A stretch of 64,000 nucleotides of DNA from Eledone cirrhosa (taxonomy: Eukaryota). The notes beneath the pieces are model-generated. The model saw only the letters and a program-made list of their open reading frames with translations. It searched no databases and had not been told where the DNA came from. This document shows positions 1-14,445 of the stretch, one piece after another. Made by a program: the position numbers and the translations under genes. The stretch lies in assembly GCA_964016885.1 (NCBI GenBank), contig CAXHJY010000050.1:85902-149901 (forward strand), written 5' to 3'. Positions within the stretch are counted from its first letter, which is position 1. Each line of letters opens with the position of its first letter.

Positions 1-938
1 TGCTCAGAACTGTACTGAAGGAGGGGACAATAGGCCAGGGGATGTCCAAGGAGGAAATAACATCAAGGAGAAAGAGCAGCCTTCAGGAAAAATCCCTTCA
101 TAGTATCTTCTTTGAGAAAACTGAATTTAGAGATCCACAGACATGGAACTGGTTGAGAAGAGGAGACCTTAAAAAGGCTACAGAAGGAATGTTAATGGCT
201 GCGCAGGAGCAGGCCCTCAAAACGAAGTGGTTGAAACACCATATTTACAAAGAGGAGGCTAGCCCACTGTGCAGGATCTGTGGAGAGAGAGAGAGGAGAC
301 TGTGGCTCACATTGTATCCGAGTGTAAATACCTAGCCCAGACCCACTATAAGGGCTGGAGACATGATGTGATGGGCAGGGTGATCCACTGGCACCTGTGC
401 AAAGTAAACAATTTACCACATTCTGAGAAATAGTATGAGCATAAGCCAGAGGCGGTGATGGAGAACGATCAGGTGAAGGTGCTGTGGGATTTTAGGATAC
501 AGACGGACAAGAAACTGGAACACAATAGACCTGACCTGGTGGTTGTGGACAAAGAAAAAAGATCGTGCCTGATTGTGGATGTGGCCTGCCCATTCGACAC
601 GAGAGTGCAAGAGAAGGAGAGGGAGAAAATTAACCGATACCAGGACTTAAAGTGGGAGGTAAAAAGGATTTGGAACTGCCATGAAGTCAAAGTGATCCCG
701 ATTGTCATAGGCGCACTAGGGACTATCTCAAAAAGTTTCCAGGGATGGTTAAAGAAGATTGGCCCCTTCACGCTTTTTGGAACGCTTCAAAAGGCATGCT
801 TGCTGGGAACAGCAAGAACCCTCCGATACGTCCTGAATATCTGAGGCTGCAGGTAGTGGCTTGATATTCATTTCAACAAACTTTCCAGTTAACTAACATC
901 AATGACTGAGACTCAAAGAGTAATAACAACAATAATAA
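1..938 (+). mobile_element. 3' end of an R4/Dong-like non-LTR retrotransposon (CCHC + restriction-like endonuclease), disrupted, with 3' UTR and (AAT/AAC)n tail
   Basis: ORFs 42-335 and 455-844 give LKKATEGMLMAAQEQAL, CRICG, WDFRIQTD, NRPDLVV, IVDVACPFD, KINRYQDL and PIVIGALG. These match the C-terminus of the intact element at 60011-63661. Frameshift and stop present. Confidence 0.9.
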
Positions 939-1121
939 TTGTTTCTACTTTAGGCACAAGGCCAGCAATTACCCAGTGCATTACTGGTACTTTATTTTAT
1001 CGACCCCGTAAGGATGAAAGGCAAAGTCAACCTCGGCGGGATTTGAACTCAGATCGTAAAGGGACGTAATTATGCTGGAAAGCATGGCGTCCGACCCTCT
1101 ACCGATACTGCCAATCCACTG
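939..1121 (-). mobile_element. SINE family A (tRNA-like head, central GCCTTTCATCCTTACGGGGTCGATAAAATAAAGTACCAG domain)
   Basis: Reverse complement of the copy at 2558-2746; B-box-like GAGTTCAAATCC. Confidence 0.85.
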
Positions 1122-1277
1122 CAATGTCCGTTTTCAATTGTTTCGATACTCCATATAATATTTCTGGATCAGATGACTATATTATTCTCTACATTCCTTA
1201 CATCAAACTAAAATATGTTGACAATCTTTTAATAATGTCTTCCTTCTGAAGTTTGTGGTCTTGTTTTGCTTAACTAA

Positions 1278-1314
<37 letters not shown>

Positions 1315-1810
1315 CGTTTCTGAATTTGCTTAGCAAGATTCTTTATCTGAAAACGTGTGTTGAAACCGATATTGTCACACTTTGGGAGGGTCATGTTGCC
1401 AATAAGAAACATACACATTTTTCTGGATACCTGCCGATGAGCACGGGAATGGAATTTTTCACTTTTTTATATTATCGTTGCGAAACTTATTTGAGTTTTG
1501 AAATGTAAATTTGTCTACGGAACAGGTTTGGGTTTTGAAATTAAAATTTGTCCAGGTATCACGGCTATTGTCAATATGGGTTTGTTTTTATTAATTTATT
1601 ATTTTAAAGCGAGACAGGCAAACTGTATTAATCTAATTAGTATTTTTCAATCTAGCTAACTTGGTCATTTGCAATACAAACACATATATGATTATATTAG
1701 TGTTTATCATATATTAATTTATATTAACTTGTATTTCACGGCTCAGAAATACTTCTTTCTTTGAGCTAATTAATTGTAAAAGACTGTTTGAGTTTATAAC
1801 TCTATATATA

Positions 1811-1872
<62 letters not shown>

Positions 1873-1934
1873 CATATATATATATAATACATATATATAT
1901 ATATATAATACATATATATATATAATACATATAT

Positions 1935-1969
<35 letters not shown>

Positions 1970-2033
1970 TACATATATATATATATATATAATACATACA
2001 TATATATATATATAATACATACATATATATATG

Positions 2034-2092
2034 AGTTTCAGAAGATCCCGTTAAGGGTGAAAGCAGCGATTCTTTGTTTAAACTTTAATCTG
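2034..2092 (+). ncRNA. 5'-truncated copy of the CAGAAGA-core hammerhead-like family
   Basis: AGTTT CAGAAGA TCCCGTTAAGGGT GAAA GCAGCGATTCTTTGT TT AAACT. Confidence 0.5.
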
Positions 2093-2100
2093 TGATTTTA

Positions 2101-2149
<49 letters not shown>

Positions 2150-2178
2150 ATACATATATATATATATATAATACATAT

Positions 2179-2210
<32 letters not shown>

Positions 2211-2313
2211 ATATATATATATATAATATATGTATAATATATATATAATACATTTATATATAATATATATATATATATAATATATATATAATTCATATAT
2301 ATATATATATATA

Positions 2314-2373
<60 letters not shown>

Positions 2374-2374
2374 C

Positions 2375-2408
<34 letters not shown>

Positions 2409-2412
2409 ATAC

Positions 2413-2479
<67 letters not shown>

Positions 2480-2557
2480 ATATACATATATTTAATACAT
2501 ATATAATATATAATATATAATATATATATATATAATACATATTATATATATATATAT

Positions 2558-2746
2558 GGCGGTGGTGGATTGGCAGTATCGGTAGAGGGTCGGACGCCAT
2601 GCTTTCCAGCAGAGTTACGTCCCTTTACGATCTGAGTTCAAATCCCGCCGAGGTTGACTTTGCCTTTCATCCTTACGGGGTCGATAAAATAAAGTACCAG
2701 TAATGCACTGGGTAATTTGCTGGCCTTGTGCCAAATGTAGAAACAT
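2558..2746 (+). mobile_element. SINE family A, full length
   Basis: TGGCAGTATCGGTAGAG A-box-like, GAGTTCAAATCCC B-box-like, conserved central domain; more than 10 copies in the window. Confidence 0.85.
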
Positions 2747-2844
2747 TTATATATATAATACATATATATATTATATATATATATATATATAATACATATA
2801 TATATAATATATATAATATATATGTATATATAATACATACATAA

Positions 2845-2882
<38 letters not shown>

Positions 2883-2898
2883 CATATATATATATATA

Positions 2899-3150
2899 TA
2901 TTTATTAAAATAACAGATTAAAGTTTAAGCAAAGAATCGCTGCTTTCACCCTTAACGGGATCTTCTGAAACTAACAGATTGACTTTGTTAGTTTCAGAAG
3001 ACCCCGTTAAGGGTGAAAGCAGCGATTCTTTGCTTAAACTTTAATCTGTTATTTTAATAAATATTTGCTCTACGGTTCTTATATATTTGATATATATTTA
3101 TCCTTATCGAGACCTCTTTGGATTTTAGTCTTCAAATTTATTATTATTAC
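2899..3150. mobile_element. Foldback module carrying two opposed CAGAAGA-core HHR-like motifs (2914-2976 minus, partial; 2975-3048 plus)
   Basis: Inverted arms at about 2899-2976 and 2986-3064; homologous to 14146-14445 and 26460-26665. Confidence 0.75.
2975..3048 (+). ncRNA. Type I hammerhead-like fold, variant core CAGAAGA
   Basis: Stem I CAGATTGA/TTAATCTG plus AGTTT/AAACT with a CTTTGTT bulge; stem II CCC/GGG with loop GTTAA; GAAA; stem III AGCAG/TTGCT; predicted triplet CUU. Confidence 0.65.
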
Positions 3151-3945
3151 TATATATATATATATATAATACATATATATATATGTATGTATATATATAT
3201 ATATATTTAACTTTTCTAATTTTATTAAATGGGTATAATGATATATTTCAGAGTATTTATTGATACTCTGTCCCCCTCTACATAAAAGACACTTACACAT
3301 ATATATCTATATCACACACAGGATGGCATGTTATTTTCGGAGGAAGAAACAATGCAATTATATTGTAAACGAGAAATTTGAAAGACAGTGATCTTTGTAA
3401 TCCATCAATATATTTATAATAAAATCATAGAAATCAATAGGTCTGATTATAGACTATTATACAATTCTCGCACTACCTGAGACATACGTCGTATTTAAAG
3501 CTAGTTTTGATGTTATAGAGGAACATATTGTGGAATCGTAATATCCTACAGGTCTTCTCATTACTCTATCTCTGTGATGGCGTCTCATATGGTCTGTTTT
3601 TAGAAAATATCTTCAACATTTGATCTTCATAGATTTACATCAGCACAATTGCAGACATTTCTATTTAATAATCATTCCCTGTTACGAGTTTCTACTGTAA
3701 TAAAATCAGGATAATCGACATCAGAATCATGGCTACTGCTGGTAATATTCTGAGAAACAGAATTCATCAGTGTCATGTCAAGACAGCAATCAAGAAATTC
3801 TGCCATATTTAGATACATTTTATAGAATTTGCTGAATATAATATTTTCTTTGGTACTGATCATTATTATTATTATTTGAAGTTGTCTGTTGGGGGTGGGT
3901 AAGAGGGGACGAACGATGTTTTATAATTAAGCAGAGAACTTTCCG

Positions 3946-3999
3946 AGAAGAAGAAGAAGAAGAAGAAGAAGAAGAAGAAGAAGAAGAAGAAGAAGAAGA
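3946..3999. repeat. (AAG)n microsatellite
   Basis: Direct reading. Confidence 0.95.
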
Positions 4000-4024
4000 C
4001 CCTCCGATACTATCTCTCTAAAGT

Positions 4025-4282
4025 ATAAAGTCAGTCTCAACCCCAGAGGCTCATCAGGCCGATGCTTATCCTGGTTTCCGTGGCCTAAAGAGTCTGAAAA
4101 TACAAGACACTTCCCCATGGACAAAACACCAGTCCATCACAGGGTTAAACCCACAGCTGAATATACTGGAGCAATATGAAGTATTTTACTCTAGACCACA
4201 ACTCACAACCCAGCTCTGGAATCAAACCCACAACTTTATGATCGTAAGTCCAACACACTTAGCCCTAGGCAACACAACTCCG
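4025..4282 (-). mobile_element. tRNA-derived SINE, second family
   Basis: The minus strand starts with a tRNA-like head (GGGTTTGATTCC B-box-like) followed by a SINE-type body. Confidence 0.55.
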
Positions 4283-5631
4283 TTATAGTTTGAATACTAG
4301 TTACAATATCTAATATAAATCACTTTGTCACAGTGTTGTTTGATTTTTCTTCTCGTTGCCGCGGAACAATTTTCTCACATTCTCTGTCTTCTCTCTGTAA
4401 AACCAACATTATTTAGAATCCCTTTTTTTTTTATCGAATTTCGTTTGAATGATTGATCTATCGTAAGGCTATCTGTATTCCAGCAGAAATCTTTGAACAA
4501 CAAATTTCCAGCAGATATGTCCGTCTTAAGCACCAGTACATCTCCCTGAACTTGTGAAGTGGCATGCTATATTTTATCTCGAGTTTTCCTCATTCTATTT
4601 TTACTTTATAACCTATCTTACTACTACAGATTATTATTACTATCTAGGTAGTCAACAGATATTACGTATACTTCAATGATATCGATTTAGTCTTTATGAC
4701 ATACAAAAGAAAAGTTAAAAAATCTGAAATGAAAATAACATAGAAGACAATGAGAAGTGATATAAAACATCGTTGGAATAAAGCTTGAAACAGACACATG
4801 TAGTTGAAATATCCATTCAATAAAACAGAGCTAAAAATATTTCCTATAGGATACTGATGTCTAGATTTTATAACGACTAAACGGAAAAAATATACTTTTT
4901 CCATTTCACAAGAAGTGAGATTATGGCCATGCAAAGGATTCAGTACATTGTAATTTCCGAGGAAGAGTTAGATATGAGACAAATATCATTGAATATAAAT
5001 ATTCTGTCATAATAGTTCGTGGGAAATACATCACAAGATGTTGCTGTTATCTACTTCGGTTCAGCTTTGATAAACCTCAATGATTCCAGACATATAACGA
5101 CCTATTATGGTTCTACAACTTTCAAAGATAGATTTACTGATGCACTGATATATTGCATTTTTACCAATACACATATACATACAGATACACGCATACAGAG
5201 GCACACATAGGCACAGGCAGACACATATATACACGCATCTACACAATACAAGGACTCACTCACACAAACACATACACACATTCACAAAGACAGGCACATA
5301 CGTAAACATAGACACAACACAAGACACGCTCACACACATATATACACACACACACATTTTTATCAATTCACATACATCACATAAACACCATACAAGGGCA
5401 CACGCCCACAAACACATACACATAACACACACTCATATATATATATATGTATATGTATATATATATGTATATATATATTACACACACACATACATATTAT
5501 ATATACATATAATTACAAAAGATTCTGACGTTACATAACCCATCTTGGATACCATGTCGAAATAGTTTTCAAGTTATTACACGATGGCTGCTCTGATATA
5601 TATATATATATAGAGAGAGAGAGTGTGGTGT

Positions 5632-5664
<33 letters not shown>

Positions 5665-6544
5665 TGTGTGTGTGTGTGTGAGAGAGAGAGTGTGTTTGTG
5701 TTAGAAAGAGAAAGAGAATGTGTGAGAGAGAGAGAGAGAGTGTGTGAGAGAGAGAGAGAGAGAGTGTGTGTGTGAGAGAGAGAGAGAGTAAGAGAGAGAG
5801 AGTGTGTGTGTGAGAGAGAGAAAGAGAGAGAGAGTGAGTGTATGTGTGAGAAGGAGAGAAAGAGAGAGAGAGAGAGAGTGTGTGTGTGTGTGTGTGAGAG
5901 ACAGAGAGTGGAGAGCAAACTGAAGAGAATAAATGCTAAGTCACACTGGTCCAGAACTTACATAACCTTTACCATTTAACAAACATACACAGTCACAAAC
6001 ACATATACAAACACACACATGCATACACATAGACATACACAGAGACACACAGACTCATACATACACACACCAACATACACACAGACGCACACAGATACAC
6101 AGAGACACAGACACACACGTACACATACAGACAGAGACATCCGCAGACACAGACATATTAATACAAAGACTGATGTGCTCATGCGTGGAGATGTTATAAA
6201 ACAACTTATATATATTACATAGACGCACATACAGAGAGACACATACGTACACATACACACAGACACAAATACAGACATAGTCACACAGACACACACAGAG
6301 ATATGTATATATAAATACGTACGCACAAATACAGACATAGTCACACAGACACACACACAGATATGTATATATAAATACGTACACGTATATTTCTCACGTT
6401 TTTCTTGCATAAACATTTCTTTAGATAATCACACGGTAGGCTGTTTTAGAAAATTGCTTTGAAAGAAACTATATACACACAAACTATAATAAACATACTG
6501 TCGTATCATTATATATCGTCTGTAGATTGAAAGAATTATAAGAA

Positions 6545-6945
6545 CGACTGACAGAGTTTAACCATGTAGTCATTCAACTTCTTACTACATGTAGAGTTTA
6601 ACCATGTAGTCATATATAAAACTACTTCTTACTACATGTAGAGTTTAACAATGTAGCCATATATATACAACTACTTTAACCATAATACATACAACTACTT
6701 CTTACTACATGTAGAGTTTAACCATGTGGTAATACATATAACTATATCTTACTACATGTAGCGTTTAACCATATAGTAATACATATAACTATTTCTTACT
6801 ACATGTAGAGTTTAACCATGTAGTAATACATATAACTATTTCTTACTGCATGTAGAGTTTAGCATGTAGTTATAAATACATATAACTATTTATAACTACA
6901 TGTAGAGTTTAGCCATGTAGTTATAAATACATATAACTACATCTT
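6545..6945. repeat. Minisatellite, about 45-bp unit TTCTTACTACATGTAGAGTTTAACCATGTAGTAATACATATAACTA
   Basis: About 8 tandem imperfect copies, each with the palindrome CTACATGTAG. Confidence 0.9.
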
Positions 6946-7465
6946 ATGAACCTTTCAGTCCACCCCCGAACTCTAATCAATTTTTCTATTGTTAAAAAAC
7001 GTCTGACGGTAAATATGTTAATGTTGCGATTTCATAAAATTTACATGTGACCGATTTATTTTGTTGGGCCTCAGATGTTGATTTCTGTTTATTTCTGTTA
7101 TATGATGTAAATGTTATCAAGCATATGTACAGGCTGCTACCTTTGTAGGGCTGAGATCTACTTCCACGTCTTACTTTGTCTTATTAACATTTAAAGATTT
7201 GCTGTTGGCACACAGGTTTCACAAAAATTCTGACTTCTGATATATATAAATATATATGTATGCACTGCTCACCACTATCTGCACAGATTTGGCTACCCGC
7301 AGGTGTTGAGCCTCTGGGGAAACGACTTTTCTATTCTTGGGGCGGCCAGCGCGTGGGCCCCCATTTGCTCACAATAGTGAGAGATTGGGAGAGTGAGAGG
7401 GACAGAGGCAGTGACAGTGGGAGTTTGGTCCTTAAGTGTTCGGACGTGGTGTATATATGTATGGA

Positions 7466-7618
7466 CACACTAGAAGAGGAAGACCAAGGTTAACGTATGT
7501 TGATTCCCTAAGGACAGACACTGGTCTGTTGGAGACGCAGGACATGGCAGCGATAATGAGGGACAGAGACCTCTGGAGAGAACTCGTCCATGGATCTCGG
7601 GAATTTTACCCGCCTTAG
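7466..7618 (+). mobile_element. 3' terminal fragment of an RTE-group LINE
   Basis: RRGRPRLTYVDSLRTDTG...MRDRDLWRELV is a typical RTE-type C-terminus. Confidence 0.65.
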
Positions 7619-7642
7619 ATATATATATATATATATATATAA

Positions 7643-9541
7643 GATCACAAATCTAACTTTAACTCTAATCCTTCTATTAGACTTATATGTCCCTCCAAAT
7701 CAGATATTGGAATAATTAGCAAAAAAATTTTAGATAGAGTCATCCCACAAATAAGAAAATACGTTATTTTACCACTCTGGGAAAACACCTCCCAGGTAAT
7801 TAATTGGTTTAAAAATATTAGGTGTAAATCTTCTGCTTCTTTCCTACAATTTGATATAGATAATTACTATTCTTCTATATCACCCATACTCCTGAACAAA
7901 GCATTAATATTTGCTAAAAATAGATCTAATTTAACTTCGGATGACATTAACATTATTACACATGCTAGACAAACACTTATTGAATTTCAGAATGAATACT
8001 GGACCAGAAACACATACATTAATCTTTTTGATATTACTATGGGTTCAAGCGATTCCGCCCAAATTACTGATCTTGTGGGCCTCTTTCTCCTTTTCAACAT
8101 AAATGCCTCTTTTCCCCACCTCAAAGGTGGTTTATATCGTGATGACTGTCTTCTTCTTTCTAACAACCTTAGCCTTTCAGAAATCGAAAAAAACAAAAAG
8201 CATATTAGAACTTTCCTTAAAGACTATTATAATCTTAATATTACTTTTGAAAAAACAAGTAAAGTAGTAAATTTCCTAGATATAACTTTAGATTTAGCTA
8301 CGGGTATATACCAACCTTACCATAAACCTAACCAAAACTTACATTACATACACTCACAATCTAATCACCCTAAATCTATCCTTAAAAACCTTGCATATAA
8401 TATATCACTTAGAATTTCTAACCTTTCTTCTAACCAAGATGTATTTGATAAAAATGCGACCTTTTATAATGAAGCTCTAGATAGAAGTGGCCACAAAAAT
8501 AGATTAGAGTATATACCTTCTACTAAAAATACTGAAAGCATACAGCATAATATTACCAACAAACACCAAATGAAAAGTACACACCTAAATGCCACCCACA
8601 ATATACCCCAAAATAATAAATCTTCTAATATAAAGTATAGTAACCCTCAAAAAACTACTCATCATACAACTATAATAAATATTAATAATAAAACTCCTAA
8701 TAAAAAAGATAAAACACCTAAATCTACAAATATAACTAAAAATAGTTGTGGTGAGATCATTAACATTAATCCTCCTAGTAAAAATCATGATACAACATAT
8801 AAAAATAATAAAAATAATAAACAACATAGAAACCGTAATAGACGAGTTACTTGGTATAATGCTCCTTTTAATTTACAAGTTAAGGATAATATTGCTAAAA
8901 AATTTTTTTATATCCTTGAGAAAAACTTCCCGCCAAACCACAAATACCATCAAATCTTAAATAGGTCTACAGTTAAATTCTCATACTCTACAACAAATAA
9001 CATAAAACAAAATATAAGTGCATATAATGCATATAAATGTAAGAAAACCATAAGTATACCACCAGTACATCAAATTAACAATAATATCTCCTCAAATACA
9101 GAATTAACGAAAGGATGTAACTGTAGAAACAAAACAAACTGCCCATTAAAAGGGAATTGTCTTGTTAACAACATAGTCTATAAATGTAATGTTAAAACTA
9201 AAGATTCTATTTGCTCATATATAGGAGCTACCTCTAACAATTTTAAGACAAGGTATAATACCCACAAACATAGCTTTAAAAATGCCGCACTGGCTAATAC
9301 AACATCTCTAGCAGAAAAAATCAATAGTTATAAAAATAAAAATATAAAATATGATTTGACCTGGAGTGTGCTCAAAAGAGCCACCCCTTATCAAAATAAT
9401 AGAAAGGAATGTAGATTATGTTCCCAAGAACTATTTGAAATAATGAAGTCTAGGGATATCTTATTAAATAAACGACAGGAATTAATTATATCGTGTAATC
9501 ATAAACTAAAAAAAACATTTAAATATTATAAACCTAATTAA
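7643..9541 (+). CDS. Penelope-like element polyprotein (reverse transcriptase + C-terminal GIY-YIG endonuclease), 5'-truncated open frame
   Basis: The frame is open upstream of the ATG at 8039 (DHKSNF..IRLICPSKSDIG..FLQFDIDNYYSSI). Motifs: TMGSSDSAQITDLVG, GGLYRDD, VNFLDITLDL, CNCRNKTNCPLKGNC, IVYKC..SYIGAT..FKTRYNTH, CRLC, LLNKRQELIISCNH. Abuts (TA)n at its 5' end. Confidence 0.92.
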   Translation, partial: DHKSNFNSNPSIRLICPSKSDIGIISKKILDRVIPQIRKYVILPLWENTSQVINWFKNIRCKSSASFLQFDIDNYYSSISPILLNKALIFAKNRSNLTSDDINIITHARQTLIEFQNEYWTRNTYINLFDITMGSSDSAQITDLVGLFLLFNINASFPHLKGGLYRDDCLLLSNNLSLSEIEKNKKHIRTFLKDYYNLNITFEKTSKVVNFLDITLDLATGIYQPYHKPNQNLHYIHSQSNHPKSILKNLAYNISLRISNLSSNQDVFDKNATFYNEALDRSGHKNRLEYIPSTKNTESIQHNITNKHQMKSTHLNATHNIPQNNKSSNIKYSNPQKTTHHTTIININNKTPNKKDKTPKSTNITKNSCGEIININPPSKNHDTTYKNNKNNKQHRNRNRRVTWYNAPFNLQVKDNIAKKFFYILEKNFPPNHKYHQILNRSTVKFSYSTTNNIKQNISAYNAYKCKKTISIPPVHQINNNISSNTELTKGCNCRNKTNCPLKGNCLVNNIVYKCNVKTKDSICSYIGATSNNFKTRYNTHKHSFKNAALANTTSLAEKINSYKNKNIKYDLTWSVLKRATPYQNNRKECRLCSQELFEIMKSRDILLNKRQELIISCNHKLKKTFKYYKPN

Positions 9542-10029
9542 TAACATTATTCTAGAAATTAATTTAATTTAAATGTTAGTTAACCTATAAATTTAATTTA
9601 ATTAATATTTTATTACAGATGAGAAAATATTATGTAATCATAAATTTTGAAAAACCTTTAAATATTACTAATATATACTCAGTAATTTAATTTATAGATT
9701 AATTTTAATTTATTTAAACCTTTTTATTATAATTTTTTTTATTATAATTTTTTTTATTATAATTCTTTTACAGATAAAATATAACAAAATAATATCATGT
9801 ATCCAATGACGGAGAAAGAATTTTTAGTATTATAGACCTAATTAATATACATTTTGGAAATATATTTATTATTTGGTTTTAGTTTTAATCAACCTAAAAC
9901 TTTAATTTTAATTTGCTTAAAATTAGTATCCTTGTACAGACGAATTGCAGAATGTCATGTAATCATAGAATGGGATGTGTTTTGGATATATACCTAGTTA
10001 ATATATTCTGTGCAATTTTTTGAAAAAGA

Positions 10030-11299
10030 TATGTATATGTATATGTATATGTATATGTGTGTGTTGTGTATGTGTATCTGTATGTATGTTTATGTGAGTA
10101 TATATGTATATATGTGTATATATATGTATATATATATATATATATGTGTGTATATGTATGTATATGTGTATGTGTATATATATGTATATGTATGCGTATT
10201 AATTTTGATTTTGATTTTTATTTGCATATAATTATATTATGCTATTGATGAAATACAATATCTGCTTTATGTATTGTATACCTAATTAACATATACTAAT
10301 TAACGTATACTATTGAAATAAATATATAATTTTTAATTTAGTTAACATATAATTTATATGCTACTACCGATGTAATACTTTATTTTATTTTTATTTGGGT
10401 TTCTTTTCCCTATTACTAAATTCATCTCCTAATATTGATACCATAACGTTATTAACTTTAATTTAGTTATAATGTAATTAATAATCTACTACTGTTTGAC
10501 TTCATAATTCTGCTTCAAATATTATAAACCTAACTAATTTACACCTTAGAAATCAATATGTTGACTATCTTTGGTTTAGTTAACATATGATTAATGGTAT
10601 ACTTATTTATTTTGAGATGCATAGATTTCGTATTTCCTAGCACTGAAAATATGTAAGAACATACATTGAATTAAGATACGGAAAATATTATATGTTTCTT
10701 GAAACATATATTTACTTTGATCCCCTTCTCCAAACCCCCCCTTTCCCCCATACTATTATCATCTGTATTTGTAAGCGTATATGTATGAATATATATGTAG
10801 GTGGGTGTCTATATAAGTTTTGGTATTTATTTCTAAATATAAAAATACATATATGAGCATGTAAATATGAATGTAAGATTGAGTGTGTATATATGATTGT
10901 ACATACATATGTATGTATATATATGTATATATATGTATTATATATGTATGTGTATGTGAATGTGTGGTAAGTATATGTGTATGTATATGTATGTATGTGT
11001 ATGTATGTGTATGCTTGTATATAGGAATATATATATGTGTATATATGTATGTATATGTATATGCGTGTATGTATGTATGTGTATATGTGTTGTGTATATA
11101 TTTGTATGTCTCTCTATTTATATGTTTATCTTCGTATCTATGTGATATATGTGTGTGTGTGTGCACGTATGCATATGTATGTGTTTGTGTGTGTTTGTAT
11201 GTGTGTGTGTATATATGTGTATGTGTGCACACTCACATACACATATATATATATATATATGTGAGTGTGTATGTGTGTCTGTGTGTGTGTGTGTGTGTG

Positions 11300-11347
<48 letters not shown>

Positions 11348-11487
11348 GATATATATATATATATATATATGTATATAGGTGTCTATGTGTGAATATATGT
11401 CTTTATTCGTATGTGTGTATTTATGTATGTATATATTTATGTGTATGTATGTATGTGTATGTATGTATGTATATATATATATATATG

Positions 11488-11520
<33 letters not shown>

Positions 11521-11806
11521 ATATTATTCTTTATTATTATTGTAATATAACTTATGTGTATATGTGTATAAGTGAGGTTGTGTATGTATATATACTATGT
11601 GTATATATAAGAGTAATGAAATATATATATATATATATATATGTGCATGTCTGTTTTTTATGTGTGTGTATATATATATATGTATGTGTGTATATATATA
11701 TATATATGTATGTATACGTGTGTGTATGTGGATATATATATATATATATACATGTGGGTGTTTGTATGTGTATTTATGGTGGTATGAGTGTGTGGATATA
11801 TATGTT

Positions 11807-11837
<31 letters not shown>

Positions 11838-11844
11838 GAGTCTA

Positions 11845-11897
<53 letters not shown>

Positions 11898-12240
11898 GTA
11901 TGTGTATGTATGTGTGTGTGTATGTATATATATGTGTGTGTATGTATGTGTGTATATATATATATCTCTATTAATGCGTGTGTGTATGTATATACATATG
12001 CGTTTTTTTATTATTATTTTCATTTGTATGTCTGAGTTTGGTGAGGTGGTTTTGTTTTTTATGTGTATACACATATATGGAAGCGTATGTATTTATTTAT
12101 ATGAGTATAAGTAGGTGCATATGTATGTATGATTATATATCTAATTCTATGTATGATGGTACATCTATATATATATATATATATGTATATGCGTGTGTAT
12201 GTAAGTTGTGTGTGTATGTATCTTTATGTCTATGTGAGTG

Positions 12241-12291
<51 letters not shown>

Positions 12292-12380
12292 CGATGTGCG
12301 TATATGTATGTACATGTATATACATGTATGTGTGTATGTATGTGTATGTATATTTAGATGTATGGGTATGTATGTGTATA

Positions 12381-12437
<57 letters not shown>

Positions 12438-12680
12438 ATATATATGTATATGGATATATATCTTTATTATCTATTTTTTATATATATGTGTATGTGTGTA
12501 TGTGTTGCGCGTGTGTGTGTGTGTATATATATCTTTTTATATGTGTATGTGTATGTTCGTGTAAGTGTATGTGTGTGTATGACTGTATACGTATGTGTGT
12601 ATGTGTGTATGCGTAAATATCTCTATGTGCGCGTACATGTATGTATGTGTATGTATATCTGTATGTGTATGTACATTATA
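10030..12680. repeat. Degenerate (TA)/(TG)/(TATG) microsatellite region in the 3' flank of the Penelope element
   Basis: Direct reading; the ORFs here are low-complexity artefacts. Confidence 0.9.
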
Positions 12681-13597
12681 TTATATTTATTATATTTTAT
12701 TGTTTTTATTTTTTTATTTTTCTTAATTTATAGATACATTTATATTAGGCAGTCTGCTCTGACAATCTAATACTGACCCCTCCCCCCCCTCCCACCTAAT
12801 TTCTGTATCTTGATCTTGAAATGTGTGTGCCAGTGTTTTATGTGAGTGACTTAATTTCTATTTGCTTATGATTTTATATCCACATATATAAATGTGAGTG
12901 GGGGAGTGTGTGTGTTTGTATGTTCGTGGTTATGTGTATATTTATGCATATACGCGCATGTATGTGTGATTATACTGATATGTGTGAGTATGAAAAAAAT
13001 ATATTTATATGCTTGACTCCATAAGTATCATTGCGCATCTTATCAGCGCATTAAGCTTACAGAGATATTAACCTTGAAATTTTGTGTTTACATCCATCTT
13101 TTTAGTATGCACATACAAATTATACACACATTATTGTAAAATATGTGTAAGGATTTTACATGTATATACACACACCAAACTGCTTTTAACCCTTTGTGTT
13201 TTCATTGGTCAATTTTGAACTGATATTTTGAATTGTTGTTATTATCAATAAATATACTTCATTATTTCTGAAGACGGCGTATATATGTGTTAGGTATGTA
13301 TATTTAATCTTGATAATTTGTATAATTTTGTATAATTTTGTACATAGATCTGTTGAATATGCATACCAATTATAACACATATATACCCTAGAAACGATCG
13401 TTAAATAGTGAACTTTTTTTGTTTAATATAAGGAATTGTTTGTTCATTATTTGTTTAATATTTTATCTTGACTCTGTATACCGTTTATCTTTCACCGAAA
13501 GTGGATTTTCATTACATCTCTTCTTTCCATGATATCCGGAATACATTGAGTTCTTCATACGGATTGGACACTACCGTAAACTCTTGGTAGATTTATC

Positions 13598-13658
<61 letters not shown>

Positions 13659-13759
13659 ATATATATTTTGAGTATATGTTGGTTGTATACCAACACCTCA
13701 GTATGCAGATTGGAGCACTCGACGAGTGCGCAGGTTGGTTTCGTTACTCCGGAGTAATG

Positions 13760-14445
<686 letters not shown>

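Larger units (their letters stand above)
1800..2900. repeat. (TA)n-rich microsatellite field with TAATACA variants, interrupted by an HHR fragment and a SINE
   Basis: Direct reading. Confidence 0.95.

Noticed and set aside
2558-2746. tRNA genes
   Set aside because: The A/B boxes belong to multi-copy SINE heads and no full cloverleaf is present.
3300-3863. Possible decayed Harbinger-like or host coding sequence on the minus strand
   Set aside because: Too many stops and no diagnostic motif.
6545-6945. CRISPR-like repeat array
   Set aside because: There are no unique spacers and no cas genes, and the context is eukaryotic; it is a minisatellite.
13680-13758. Minus-strand GAAA-CCAAC...GTTGG-TA half-hammerhead
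   Set aside because: The CUGANGA side is missing (cut off by the next module), so it cannot be called.
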